Of a stretch of 64,000 nt of DNA, positions 29,488 to 39,939 are shown piece by piece. Location of the stretch: positions 2,720,001 to 2,784,000 of the forward strand of contig CBDCCI010000002.1 in NCBI GenBank assembly GCA_965214705.1. The letters run 5' to 3'. The notes beneath the pieces were generated by a model, which saw only the letters and a program-made list of their open reading frames with translations, was not told the origin of the DNA and did no database searches. This DNA is from Alphaproteobacteria bacterium (GTDB lineage: Bacteria; Pseudomonadota; Alphaproteobacteria; UBA828). The translations under genes and the position numbers were made by a program. The stretch's first letter is position 1. Every line of letters begins with the position of its first letter.

Positions 29488-30257
29488 CGAGGAGTCCTCC
29501 ATTCACCGGTTGGTTGACTGTACACATGTACTATTCTTGCACAGTAGTATGCTACACTCAGACGGGGATCGTCAAGATGTAAAATGCGGCTCTTGAAGCG
29601 ACCGAAACTCGGCAGGCTCGGTCGAGGCGGAGAGGCGCTGAAGCCGAGACCTCCGCGTTGCAGCGATGCCAGAGACCCCATCCGCGATCTTGACGGCTCG
29701 CTCTGACAGAGAGCGTCCGACGACGCTCGTGTCCGCTCACACCGATGGCACGTCAATGCCCGGCGGCGCGGACGATGGTGGCGACCATGATGTTTGGCAC
29801 GGGCTCTTCGACCGCGGCGCAGGAGCAGAATTTGTGCCGCCGGCGATCTGCAGCGCTATTCCCCAATCCCTGAGCCGCCCTCCGACCGCCCCCTCGCACG
29901 ACATTGCGCAAGCCTTCGCCCGCAGCCTCCCGGTGCTCGCAATAGCCCGCGACCGAGACCGCTGCGGTTTGTCCACCTCCGTGGCCTTCTTGAAGATCGG
30001 CCTTGTCACCAGCTTCACAAGATCGACGCAGCCATCGCCCGACGACCCTCCATCAGGTCCGAAAGGGATTCGCGCGTGCGTATCGACCCAAGTATTCTTG
30101 TCGCCACAGATGCCTCGGCGCCTCCGTGCCGGGGCCGGCGGCAAGCGGCACCGGTTGGCCAATCGTCAACAGGGTGCGTCCCAGCCGAAATTCCCTGCAA
30201 ATCTAGAATTTTCCAGAACGCTCCAGAAACGGCCCCCAACAGGATCGGCAAGACGAG

Positions 30258-30836
30258 ATGACCGCGACGGAACAAAAGATCATCGAGGCCGCCATCCGCA
30301 CTTTCGTGCGCTATGGCGCGCGCAAGACGGCGATGGCCGACATCGCGTCAGAGGCCGGCGTGTCGCGTCAGACGCTTTACGACACCTTCGGCGGCAAGAA
30401 TGAGCTGATTGTCGCCTCCATTCGCTGCATCACGGACAGGAACCTGCAAGCGGTCAGGGACGAGCTTGCGGGACGCACGTCATTGTCGACGCAACTCGAC
30501 GCCTATTTTGAGGGAACGGTAGTCAAGTCGTTCGAGCTGCTGCAGACATCGGGTGATGCGGAGGACCTGGTCAGCGGCCACAATCAGGCTGGGCGCGAAG
30601 AGATAGAGCGCTCCCATGACAAGCATCACGCCTTGATCGCCGAGCTGTTGAGGCCCCACTCGAGAGTGTTGGCAGACTCCGGCCTGACGCCCGACCAACT
30701 GGCGCATCTTGTCGTCACAGTCGTGATGGGCCTGAAATATTCGGCGAAAAGCCGAGACGACCTGGACGCCCTTCTTGTCACGTTGAAGGTAGCGGTGTTG
30801 GCGCTCTTGGGAGTCTCGGTGCCGGAAATGGCTTAG
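30258..30836 (+). CDS. TetR-family regulator
   Basis: IIEAAIRTFVRYG..MADIASEAGVSRQTLYDTF. Confidence 0.9.
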   Translation: MTATEQKIIEAAIRTFVRYGARKTAMADIASEAGVSRQTLYDTFGGKNELIVASIRCITDRNLQAVRDELAGRTSLSTQLDAYFEGTVVKSFELLQTSGDAEDLVSGHNQAGREEIERSHDKHHALIAELLRPHSRVLADSGLTPDQLAHLVVTVVMGLKYSAKSRDDLDALLVTLKVAVLALLGVSVPEMA

Positions 30837-30838
30837 CC

Positions 30839-31022
30839 TCAACACTCCCGGCTGCGGTGGCGTGGGAAGCATTGCTCGATGATCTCGCCGGCGACGATGT
30901 CCAGCGCCGCGAACAGCGTGGTGGTGCCACGGCGCAAATGGTCATGGGTACGCCGCTCGACCTGGCCGGGCCGCATGGGCAGCATCGGCTGGGAACGATC
31001 CAGCGCCTGGATCTGGCTCTGT
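30839..31022 (-). pseudogene. IS630-family transposase fragment
   Basis: [37 protein letters not shown]. Confidence 0.8.
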
Positions 31023-31107
31023 CGTTTCGACGATTCGGCGGCAGGGACGATACCACCAGGAAAGACAGCCATGCGGCTGCCGTTCCCTCAAGTACTGTGC
31101 CGGGGAG

Positions 31108-34100
31108 CTATTGCCTATGCACACCGAAAGAGCCTGCTAGACCTCTCTCGCTTTGCTGGTTGTCGTCCCACACATACGCGGAGAAGGCCCCGCCGATCGA
31201 TGTCGGCAGATCGGTCGGTGCAGCACCGTTTCCGAAGAACATGCCGCTCCAATAGCCGCTCATGTACGAGCCGTCGTCCGCACTTCCCCCCTCAATTTGA
31301 CCGCTGATCCAGCCTCCGCGGCTAGGAGCGGAGACTGTCGGCCAAGACCGATCGAATATGTTTTGGCTGCCTTGTTCGACGCCATAACCGTCGAAGGCGT
31401 TCGCCGTCAGGCTCAACGCGGTTGGGTACAGAGAGGAAACAGAAGAGCTCGCATCGCCATCGAATACGAAATTGCTCACTGCTCCGCTGACTACTCCGTA
31501 TTCGCTGCTCGACTTAAAGTCGGCCATCAGGTCGACGTCCGCAGTGAAGGTCCCGATGTCTGGGCTGCTTGACAAACCGTTTGCGTAGTACACTCCAGCC
31601 GCGTCGCCACTGTAAGTCGCCGTGCCGGTCAACGCCACGATATTGTTGACCTGGAACGCATCGCCACCGCTCGCGAAGACGCCGAAGTCATACGCATCCG
31701 CGTCCGTCTCGTCTTCAGACACGTAGAGCCAACGGCCGAATGCCAGATAGTCGGCAGGCGTCGCGGAAAGCAGCTCTGTCGGAATAACCGGCTGTGGCGT
31801 TCCACCGTCCGGAGTAAATGTTACGCCGGGATCGGCAGCATAGTACGATCCCCGATAGCGATTATCGATGAACACGCAACCGTCTTCATTGGCACAGGAA
31901 AAAGTGCCTGTGACACCGCTAAGCGATCCCTCCGTGGTCTCGCCGTCACCAATCCAAGCGACCATGAAGTCCTTGTCGATCTCTAGAGTCGGGGCTCCTG
32001 ACAAGTGGATATTATAATCCGGATATAGCTCGCCGCTGAACGGGTCCACTGAGCCGTCGCTCGCTTGCGCGTCAGTAGCGACGTAGATGTCGAGCGTGCT
32101 GGCATTTTCGTAAATGTTTGTGAGTTTTTCCACACGCCAGCCCGCCAACTCAGGATCGAATACCGGACGTCTGAACCAAGTTACTCCTTCCAAATCGGCG
32201 TTGTTCTGATATGTGTTGATGTATCGGCCGTCTCGAACCCAGGGACCGGCTTGCTGAAGCGGGTTATCTCCGGGTATTGAGACATTGAATTGGAGCTGCC
32301 CGTTCCGCGATGCCAGTGTGACCGACGCTGGCATCGAAGAGGCCACGTCGTCTTCGAACTCGAAGCTGTTCACTTCTCCGCTGATGAAGCCCGTCTCAAT
32401 GCCATCGCCGAAATCGGCTGTCAGCGTGGCATCGGCAGTGAATGATCCAACAGTCGGGTTATCCGACAACCCGTCAACGTAGTACTTTCCGACCGCATCG
32501 CCCACGTAGGTCGCCGTGCCGGCCAACGGTGCAAGATGGGAGATTTCGAAGGGATCGCCGCCGCTCGCGTACACGCCGAACTCGTAGTTGACCGAGTCCG
32601 TCACATCTTCCGGTACGTAGAGCCAGTGACCCAACGCCAGATAGTCCGCACTTGTCACGATACCGATCGAGCGTGCCAGCACCGGCTGTGCCGTTCCAAC
32701 ATCCGGGGTAAAGGTTAAACCAGTGTCACTGGCGTAGTAGCCCCCCGGTGTGTGATCGTCGACGAATGCGCAGCCATCAGGATTGGCGCAGGAGAACGTA
32801 CCCGCGACACCATCAAGCGATCCCTCTATGGAGTCACCGTTGGGAATCCAGGCCACCAGAAAGTCCTGATCGGCGGGAAGCGCCGGCGCCCCGGAAAGTT
32901 CGATATTATGATCGACTTCCGCAGCGGTCTCGAACGGATCCACCGACCCGTCGCTCGGCTGCACGTCCGTCGCAACATAGATGGTCAGAGTACCGCCGGT
33001 GTCGTAGTCGGCGGTCAGCTCTGTCACCTGCCACTTCGATCCGAGCCCATGATCGGAAATTGAGCGCGTGGAATTGGTCACCCCCTCCAACTGCTCCGGA
33101 GTCTCGTACGTATTGATATATCGACCGGCTCGGGACCACGGATCGGCTTGCTGCAACGGGTTGATCTGAAATACCGCCACATTGTGCTGAAGCTGCCCGC
33201 TTTCATCGTGGGATACGATCGCGTTTACGAACTGGCCGCCACGATAAGTCCCGGTGACGACCGCTTGCTGCGCACCGATGTCATGGGAGCGCCACCAGTG
33301 TCCACCGACATAGTTGCCGAAGAGGTCCTGCCTGCTGTCGTTAGCGACCAGGTCGATCACGTTGGCCAGGGCATCCGGCGAGGGAACATCGCTCGGCATC
33401 ATGCCGTCAGCATCCTGGCGATCCACGTCGACGGAAACCATTTGTACATCGGGACTGAACTGGAACGTGAAGCTTAGTGTGTCTTCTGTGGACTCTGTGA
33501 ATTCGAACGTGCTTTGTCCGAACGAGAAGCTGAGGACTCCGTTCTGGATCGAGGCAGTGACGGGGCCATCGGGCGAAATTTCCAAGACAAAGGGTTGGCC
33601 GCCCCTTTCTTGATGCCGGTACGTCCCCGTCACCTGCCCATCGGACGAGACCGAAGTGATTGCAAGGACCGTGCGTGCCCCACCGGGCCAATCGCCGGCC
33701 CACTTCCCGACGACAGGGTGCGCCGTCGCTTTGCGATCGGTGTACGCATCGGAGTTCATCGCGGTCACCATGCCGCCGGTCGACGTGGCGCTCACCGTGC
33801 CGTCGGTGCCCACCGCCACTATGACCTCGCAATCCGCTCCGCCGGCCGCGCAGCTGAACGCGATATCGCCGTGATCGACCGACTGGCCCGCAGGCACCTG
33901 GACAGTGCCCGCCCCGGCCATGAAACCGGCCGTCACTGGAGCAAGGTCCACAGCCATGGGCGTGATCCGCGCGGTATACGCGTCGGAGTTCATCGCGGTG
34001 ACCATGCCGCCGGTCGACATGGCGGTCACCGAACCGTCGGTGTCCACCTCCACAACGACCGAACAATCGTTACCGCCGGCGGCGCAGCTGAACTCGATAT

Positions 34101-34536
34101 CGCCAAGAACGACCGACTGGCCTGCCGTGACTGTGACTGTGCCGGCCTGAGCCATGAAGCCGGACGTCACTCGGGCAAGGTCCACAGCCATGGGCGTAAT
34201 CCGCGCGGTGTAAGCATCGGAGTTCATCGCCGTCACGATCCCACCGGTCGATGTGGCGGTGATGGCGCCGTTCGCATCCACCTCCACCGTGACCGTGCAG
34301 TTGGAACCCCCGGCGGCGCAGCTGAAAGCGATATCGCCGTGATCATGCGACTCACCCGCAGCCACCTGGACAATGCCGGCCACGGCCACGAAGCCGGCCG
34401 TTGCATTAGAGAGGTCTACGTCCTCGGGCATCGCTTGGCCGTCGCCGGCCACAGGTCCGCCGCCTCCGCCGCATGCGGACATGGTCAGCGCCAGCGCAGC
34501 GATCGTTGCGGTCAGCGCATACTTCTTGCCGATCAT
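31108..34536 (-). CDS. Large surface lipoprotein (1142 aa) with three 78-aa repeats and two TbpB-like modules
   Basis: MIGKK..LTMSAC lipobox followed by GGGGG. GTATYxGDAxGxY occurs twice; C-terminal GYWSGMFFG..SIGGAF..LAGSFG barrel signature. Confidence 0.8.
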   Translation of the reverse strand: MIGKKYALTATIAALALTMSACGGGGGPVAGDGQAMPEDVDLSNATAGFVAVAGIVQVAAGESHDHGDIAFSCAAGGSNCTVTVEVDANGAITATSTGGIVTAMNSDAYTARITPMAVDLARVTSGFMAQAGTVTVTAGQSVVLGDIEFSCAAGGNDCSVVVEVDTDGSVTAMSTGGMVTAMNSDAYTARITPMAVDLAPVTAGFMAGAGTVQVPAGQSVDHGDIAFSCAAGGADCEVIVAVGTDGTVSATSTGGMVTAMNSDAYTDRKATAHPVVGKWAGDWPGGARTVLAITSVSSDGQVTGTYRHQERGGQPFVLEISPDGPVTASIQNGVLSFSFGQSTFEFTESTEDTLSFTFQFSPDVQMVSVDVDRQDADGMMPSDVPSPDALANVIDLVANDSRQDLFGNYVGGHWWRSHDIGAQQAVVTGTYRGGQFVNAIVSHDESGQLQHNVAVFQINPLQQADPWSRAGRYINTYETPEQLEGVTNSTRSISDHGLGSKWQVTELTADYDTGGTLTIYVATDVQPSDGSVDPFETAAEVDHNIELSGAPALPADQDFLVAWIPNGDSIEGSLDGVAGTFSCANPDGCAFVDDHTPGGYYASDTGLTFTPDVGTAQPVLARSIGIVTSADYLALGHWLYVPEDVTDSVNYEFGVYASGGDPFEISHLAPLAGTATYVGDAVGKYYVDGLSDNPTVGSFTADATLTADFGDGIETGFISGEVNSFEFEDDVASSMPASVTLASRNGQLQFNVSIPGDNPLQQAGPWVRDGRYINTYQNNADLEGVTWFRRPVFDPELAGWRVEKLTNIYENASTLDIYVATDAQASDGSVDPFSGELYPDYNIHLSGAPTLEIDKDFMVAWIGDGETTEGSLSGVTGTFSCANEDGCVFIDNRYRGSYYAADPGVTFTPDGGTPQPVIPTELLSATPADYLAFGRWLYVSEDETDADAYDFGVFASGGDAFQVNNIVALTGTATYSGDAAGVYYANGLSSSPDIGTFTADVDLMADFKSSSEYGVVSGAVSNFVFDGDASSSVSSLYPTALSLTANAFDGYGVEQGSQNIFDRSWPTVSAPSRGGWISGQIEGGSADDGSYMSGYWSGMFFGNGAAPTDLPTSIGGAFSAYVWDDNQQSERGLAGSFGVHRQ
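33735..34425 (-). repeat. Three 234-bp intragenic repeats
   Basis: GGAGTTCATCGC recurs at 33751, 33985 and 34219. Confidence 0.9.
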
Positions 34537-34567
34537 GGGAACAGGGCCTCCCTCCCGAACGCGCTTC

Positions 34568-34606
34568 AAAGAGGCCCCGTAAAGAGGCCCCGTAAAGAGG
34601 CCCCGT
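34568..34606. repeat. Tandem 13-mer AAAGAGGCCCCGT x3
   Basis: Three perfect copies about 30 bp upstream of the lipoprotein start. Confidence 0.9.
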
Positions 34607-34961
34607 GAAGAGAACGAGGTCAGGTTAGCACATCTGGCTAATGCCGTCAGCAATCGTGTTCGCACAATCGCGTTCGCGAGGCATGTGCGCGTTCTCCGGT
34701 GCGAGGCGGCTGGCTTGTAGGGGTCGGATGTCGTCTGCCGGGATCGCTCGGGCGCGGCGCCACAACTCTGGTCGAATCCGCCGAGGGCGCAGAGTTTTCG
34801 CAAGAATTTTGGTCTGATCCGCTCGCTGGGGCGATGTTTGGAGATGGTCAGCATCTGGGCTGTCTGGCCGGCATCACGGCCATCCCTTGCCAATCAGCCT
34901 GCCGGCTCCGATATCCCTTACTGCACTGTCATCAACGTCCGGTGCTTACGGGGAGGAGAGC

Positions 34962-35856
34962 ATGGCGCCCGACGACGAGACGCGCCGCAGTTCCAATTCC
35001 GGGGAGGACGCGTTCGACGGCCGCGACCTCCTGGTCGGCCGGCCGGAAGAGGCAGTGGAGGGCAGGTCGGCTGCCGAGGCGGCAGATGTGCCGCCTGCGA
35101 CGCCAATCCCGCAGCCCGCAGAGCCATCCCCGCAGCCTGCTGCGCACGACGACGCCATCGCGGAGATCCTCGCGACGGTGCGGGCCACCGCCGCACGCTT
35201 CGACGCGCTCCAGGACGAGTCAGGACCGGGCCACGAGACCGCCGAGACGCTTCCGCGAGACGGCGGCGCTGGCTCAGGCGGTCGCAGACGCGCGTGGCGC
35301 GCTCGCGAAGGCGGCAGAATTAGCCTCGCGCCGGGACGGGGCGGCGGAGACAGCGCGCACGCTGGCCGGGGCCGCCGCCGCGCTGAAGACGCAGGGCGAG
35401 GCCCTCGACCAGCGTATCCACGCCACGGAACGGCAGTCGGCTGTGGCCGCCCACAGCATGGAGGACATGAACCAGTCGGCGACGGCGCTCGGCGACCAGC
35501 TGCGCTCCCTCCGCAACGACTTGTCCCGCATCGCCGAGAGACTGCGGTGGCGGCACTGGCGCTTCGACCTCGCCGTGGCGGGCGCGGCGTTCGTCTTCTT
35601 TGTACTGGGCACATTGCTGCAGCGGGAGTCCGATGTCGTGTCCTTCGGTGACCCCCGCCACGCTTGGAACGATTTCGTCGCCGAGCACTACGCGCCGTCG
35701 CTCGCAATCTGCGCGTCGAAGGCCCGTCTCGACGAGAGAACCATTCGGTGCGGGCTGGATATCGACCCCTCGCTGGTTGTGACGGTCCCCTTCTATCCGG
35801 GAACTCTGACCAAAGTGCCGCCCGAAGAGGAATTCGACGGCACGACGGACCGGTAG
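34962..35856 (+). pseudogene. Frameshifted coiled-coil plus single-TM hypothetical protein upstream of the relaxase
   Basis: GGAGGAG RBS, MAPDDETRR..; frame changes near 35250 into ETAALAQAVADA..LAVAGAAFVFFVLGTLL..; ends 6 bp before the relaxase. Confidence 0.55.
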
Positions 35857-35862
35857 GCAACC

Positions 35863-38800
35863 ATGGTCGCGACTGTCACGCGCCTGAAGGCCGCCGCCAC
35901 GACGGTGCACTACTTCGAGGCCGACGGGTATTACGCGAAGGGAGACCCCGAGCACCGGAAGGCCAGCGGCTGGTACGGCGAGGCGGCGACGTTGATGGGC
36001 CTGCATGGGCCGGTCAAGCCGAAGCGCTTCGAGGCCCTGCTTGCGGGCTACGTGCCCGGCACCGACATTCGCCTCGGCCGCCTGCGCGACGGCGAGCACC
36101 AGCACCGGCCCGGCGTGGACGTGACCTTCTCCGCTCCGAAGTCCGTATCCCTGGAGGCGCTGGTCTACGCGGCGCCGAAGACGGGGGCACGGGTGGTGAG
36201 GGCGCACAACGAGGCGGTGCGCGCCACGCTGGGCTTCATCGAGAACGAGCTGTTGCAGACACGGAGCTACGATCCGGCGACCGGCCGCAGGCCCAGGGTG
36301 GAGGCGGACGGCATGGCGGCGGCGACCTTCCGGCACCTGGCGAGCCGCAACCTCGATCCACAGCTGCATACGCACGCCGTGGTCGCCAACATGACCCGCG
36401 GCCGGAACGGGGAGTGGCGGAGCGCCGAGTTTACCGCCGTCGAGCGGTCGAAGCTGCTGATCGGCGCCTACTACCGCAACGAGCTGCGCACGGGGCTCGA
36501 AAAAATCGGCTACGCCACGGTGCCGACGCTTGTGGGCCGGATGCCGGGGTTCGAGATCGCGGGCTACGGCAAGCCGATGCTGGACGCCTTCTCGACCCGC
36601 CGCCGCGAGTTGCTGGACTACATGCAGGAGCGTGGCTGGGAGAACACGCCGGCGAGAGCACAGCAGGCAGCGCTCTACACACGGCAGCGCAAGGCGGAGC
36701 CAGATCGGCAGGTCCTGCACCGGACATGGAAGGAACGGGCCCAGGAACTCGGCCCTGCGCGCGACCGGGACATCGCAAGGGGCCGCGACGGGATCGGCGC
36801 ATCGGCAACCCCCGTGCCCGAGCCGCGGGCGCAGCCGTCCGCGCTTGCGGTGGTGCGGCAGGCCGTGGAGCACCTGGAGGAACGGCGCACGGTGTTCTCC
36901 GCCAACGACCTGCGCGCCTGGGCGCTGGCCCACGGGGGCGGCCGGCACTCGCTCGAAGCGCTGGACGTCGAGATCGCCCGGCTCCGGCGCGACGGGCACC
37001 TGATCGAAGCGGCAGCGCGAAGGGCGGACCTGGCCTTCGTCACCGACCGGGCGCGCAACGCCGAGCGCGACATTATCGCCGGGATGCGCGCGGGCCTGGA
37101 TGCCGGGCGGAGCCTGGCGCCGGCAGAGGCGGTCGAGGCTGAGCTCGACGCGGCCGGCCTGAACCCCGGCCAGCGCGACGCGGTGCGCGGAATCCTGCTC
37201 TCGCCTCATGTCACGGTAGGGGTGCAGGGCCACGCGGGCTCCGGCAAGACCACCATGCTGCGCACGGTGGCGGCGCTGACGGGCGAGCGTCAGATCATCG
37301 GCCTGGCCCCTTCGGCAAGCGCCGCGCGCGTGCTCGAAGGCGAGGCCGACATCCCGGCCCGCACGCTGCAATGGTTCCTCACGCGCTACCGCGACGTGGG
37401 CGACGGCATCGCCTCGCCCGAGAGGACGGAGGAAGCGCGCAAGGCCCTGGGCGGTTCGGTGCTGATCCTCGACGAAGCATCGATGGTCGGCACGACCCAG
37501 ATGCGGGCGTTGACGCGGATTGCTGCCGAGACCGGCGTCGAGCGCCTCGCGCTGATCGGCGACAGGAGGCAGCTGCGCGCGGTCGAGGCGGGCCAGCCCT
37601 TCGCCCTGCTGCAGGACGCAGGGATGCCCACCGCCAGGATGGACGAGGTGGTGCGCCAGCGCGACGCGGACCTGCGCCAAGCCGTGCTGCACATGGTGGC
37701 GGACGAGCCGCGCCTGGCGGTCGAGGAACTCGGCAACGGCGTCCTGGAGACGGCGGGTGACGAGCTCGGCAGGAAGGCGGCGCAACTCTGGCTCGACCTC
37801 GACCCGGACCAGCGGCTCGGAACGGCGATTCTGGCGCCCACGCACGAGCTCAGGGCCGAGATCAACGCAGCCGTCCGCCACGGCCTGGAGGACGAAGGGG
37901 TGCTGCACGGCCCCGAGCTGGAGATCGAGCGCTACGTCAACCTCCACCTGACCCGCTCCCAGAAGGGCGACATCGCCAACTACAGGGAAGGCGATGTCGC
38001 CGTCTTTCACCATGACGTCTACGGCGTCCGCGCGAAGGCCGGCGACGCCTGCTGCGTGACCGAAGTCGGAGACGAGCGCGTCGTGCTCACCATGCCCGGC
38101 GGCAAGGAGCGCGCCATCGATCCCTCCGGCTATATCCGCTACCGCCTCGACCTCTTCGAGACCCGGCCGATGGTGCTCAAGGCCGGAGACCGGGTGCGCT
38201 GGACCCGCAACGATTCCACGCGCGGCCTGATCAACGGTGAGAATGCCGAAGTGCTGTCCATCCGCCGGGTGAACGTCACGATACGCACAGTGGACGGCCG
38301 CGAGATCGTCATGGCCCGCGACGATCCTCAGCTTCACCACCTGGACCACGCCTACTCGTCCACCGTGCACGCCGCCCAGGGCATCACATGCGACCGGGCC
38401 ATCGCCGTCCTGGATACCGAGCGCGGGGGAGTGGCCGACCAGGCGACCTTCTACGTGGAGCTCACCCGCGCCCGCGACAACGTGGTGCTGCTGACCGACG
38501 ACCGGGAGGCGCTGATCGAAGCCCTGGAGACTTCGCCTGCAGAGCAGATGTCGGCGCTCAGGGCCATCGGCGAGCAGTTCGAGACCTCGGTCTCGGTCTC
38601 GACCTCGCCGGAGAATGTTCCCCGGCACCCGCCTCCAGAGAGGGAAGCGGTCCTGGACGACGCGGAAAGGGAGAACCGCAAGGCTGCGGAACGCTTCCTG
38701 GACGGGGCTCTGTCAGCGGCCGCCTCCTTGATCCGGCAGCGCGAAGAGCACGCGACGATTGCTGCCAGTAACCGCGCCCATGTCACCGAGGATCCCGGCT

Positions 38801-39042
38801 ACGGCGAATGGCGCGACGATGCGCGGCGCGCCCTCGACGGCTGCCGCCGTATCCTCGACGACCCCGAGACCTACGGCAGGCATTTTTCGCGCCGTCCGGG
38901 CGCGGAGGACGAGATCAGACGCCTTTCGGCGAAGATCGAAACCACCCTGGCATCGGACAAGGCCGAGATCGAACGTCGTCAGCAGGAGCTCGAAGCCAGT
39001 AAGGCGAAGGAGCGCGACATCGACATGGGCCTCGAGCTGTGA
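35863..39042 (+). CDS. MOBF (TrwC/TraI-like) relaxase-helicase
   Basis: YFEADGYY, DVTFSAPKSVS, RNLDPQLHTHAVVAN (HUH), FSTRR, GHAGSGKT, LDEASM, GDRRQL, HAYSSTVHAAQG; ends ERDIDMGLEL. Confidence 0.95.
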   Translation: MVATVTRLKAAATTVHYFEADGYYAKGDPEHRKASGWYGEAATLMGLHGPVKPKRFEALLAGYVPGTDIRLGRLRDGEHQHRPGVDVTFSAPKSVSLEALVYAAPKTGARVVRAHNEAVRATLGFIENELLQTRSYDPATGRRPRVEADGMAAATFRHLASRNLDPQLHTHAVVANMTRGRNGEWRSAEFTAVERSKLLIGAYYRNELRTGLEKIGYATVPTLVGRMPGFEIAGYGKPMLDAFSTRRRELLDYMQERGWENTPARAQQAALYTRQRKAEPDRQVLHRTWKERAQELGPARDRDIARGRDGIGASATPVPEPRAQPSALAVVRQAVEHLEERRTVFSANDLRAWALAHGGGRHSLEALDVEIARLRRDGHLIEAAARRADLAFVTDRARNAERDIIAGMRAGLDAGRSLAPAEAVEAELDAAGLNPGQRDAVRGILLSPHVTVGVQGHAGSGKTTMLRTVAALTGERQIIGLAPSASAARVLEGEADIPARTLQWFLTRYRDVGDGIASPERTEEARKALGGSVLILDEASMVGTTQMRALTRIAAETGVERLALIGDRRQLRAVEAGQPFALLQDAGMPTARMDEVVRQRDADLRQAVLHMVADEPRLAVEELGNGVLETAGDELGRKAAQLWLDLDPDQRLGTAILAPTHELRAEINAAVRHGLEDEGVLHGPELEIERYVNLHLTRSQKGDIANYREGDVAVFHHDVYGVRAKAGDACCVTEVGDERVVLTMPGGKERAIDPSGYIRYRLDLFETRPMVLKAGDRVRWTRNDSTRGLINGENAEVLSIRRVNVTIRTVDGREIVMARDDPQLHHLDHAYSSTVHAAQGITCDRAIAVLDTERGGVADQATFYVELTRARDNVVLLTDDREALIEALETSPAEQMSALRAIGEQFETSVSVSTSPENVPRHPPPEREAVLDDAERENRKAAERFLDGALSAAASLIRQREEHATIAASNRAHVTEDPGYGEWRDDARRALDGCRRILDDPETYGRHFSRRPGAEDEIRRLSAKIETTLASDKAEIERRQQELEASKAKERDIDMGLEL

Positions 39043-39133
39043 CTCGCCCCGCCGGCCCACCTGTTGATCGCCCCCGGTCCAATCTGCCGGCACGGCGCCC
39101 GGCCCCCGCAATCGGCGGCGGTCCGCCTCTCGA

Positions 39134-39580
39134 TCATGGCGGGTCGGAACTCCCGGCGCTCGTTCGCGCGCGGAACCGGTCGACGGTGGCCGCCGCAACC
39201 TGCTCGCCAAAGAGGTCCCTCAGCATCGCCCGCAGCTCCTCCTCGCGGCCCTCGCGCATCATCCTTCGCATCGTTTCGTCGACCAGGAAGGCGAGAGAGT
39301 TGCGAACCCTCGTCATCACCGCCTCGTCCGTCTCTGCCTCCACCGTGCGCTCGGCAATGGCGGCCACACGGTCCAGAAGGGTGCGCTGCTCCGCCTCGTC
39401 CAGCACGAGGCGGGGCGGCGATTCAGGCTCGGTCTCGGGGTCCACGGTGAGCCCGCGCTCGACCATGTAGCGCGAGATGGACAAGCCCTTCCGCTCGGCC
39501 AGCACCCGCACGCGTCCCCAGTCGGAGTCGGTGCATGACAGCGAATACGCCTTCGGCCGGGTCCGGTCACGCCTCCTCAT
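39134..39580 (-). CDS. Small RHH/MobC-like protein 3
   Basis: AYSLSCTDSDWGRVRVLAERKGLSISRYMVE strand-helix-helix pattern. Confidence 0.7.
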   Translation of the reverse strand: MRRRDRTRPKAYSLSCTDSDWGRVRVLAERKGLSISRYMVERGLTVDPETEPESPPRLVLDEAEQRTLLDRVAAIAERTVEAETDEAVMTRVRNSLAFLVDETMRRMMREGREEELRAMLRDLFGEQVAAATVDRFRARTSAGSSDPP

Positions 39581-39939
39581 GAACCGTCTCCGCCGTCATC
39601 GCCGGACCTGGCGCGCGCCTCCCGGGCCAGGAAGGCGAGTGCGCCGAGCGCCGATATCTCCGTCCCCGGCAGACGAGAAAGCAGCGCCTCGTTGCACCGA
39701 TCAAGAAGCGCCACGCGCTCGTACAGAACCCTCTGCTCATCCTCGGACAGAACTAGGCGAGGACCTTCCTCGTCGTCATCGGCGTCCGCCCCATGAAGCG
39801 CGCATAAGACCATGAAGCGCGAGAAGCTCATCCCCGCCTCCTTGGCCCGCCGTCCGATCAGAGCGCGGTTCTCCGGCGAGCAGTAGACGCTGCGAATGCG
39901 CGCAATCTCCCGCTTCCCGCCACCCTTGATGGCCGTCAT
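39577..39939 (-). CDS. Small RHH/MobC-like protein 2
   Basis: RSVYCSPENRALIGRRAKEAGMSFSRFMV; shares PRLVL.E.EQR.L..RVA with protein 3; 4-bp overlaps with both neighbours. Confidence 0.7.
   Translation of the reverse strand: MTAIKGGGKREIARIRSVYCSPENRALIGRRAKEAGMSFSRFMVLCALHGADADDDEEGPRLVLSEDEQRVLYERVALLDRCNEALLSRLPGTEISALGALAFLAREARARSGDDGGDGS

Noticed and set aside
29737-30162. Possible oxidoreductase remnant
   Set aside because: It looks like decayed coding sequence but I cannot assign a family from the motifs.
17190-31100. Integron-like cassette array
   Set aside because: Genes are in mixed orientation, I found no repeated attC-like site between them, and no recombinase shows the IntI-specific insertion.
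35320-38628. 1102-aa minus-strand ORF (likewise 8565-10649, 4979-6721, 11989-13698, 48207-50432, 50422-52248, 59299-60957)
   Set aside because: Antisense shadows of well-supported genes, expected at high GC; no recognisable motifs.
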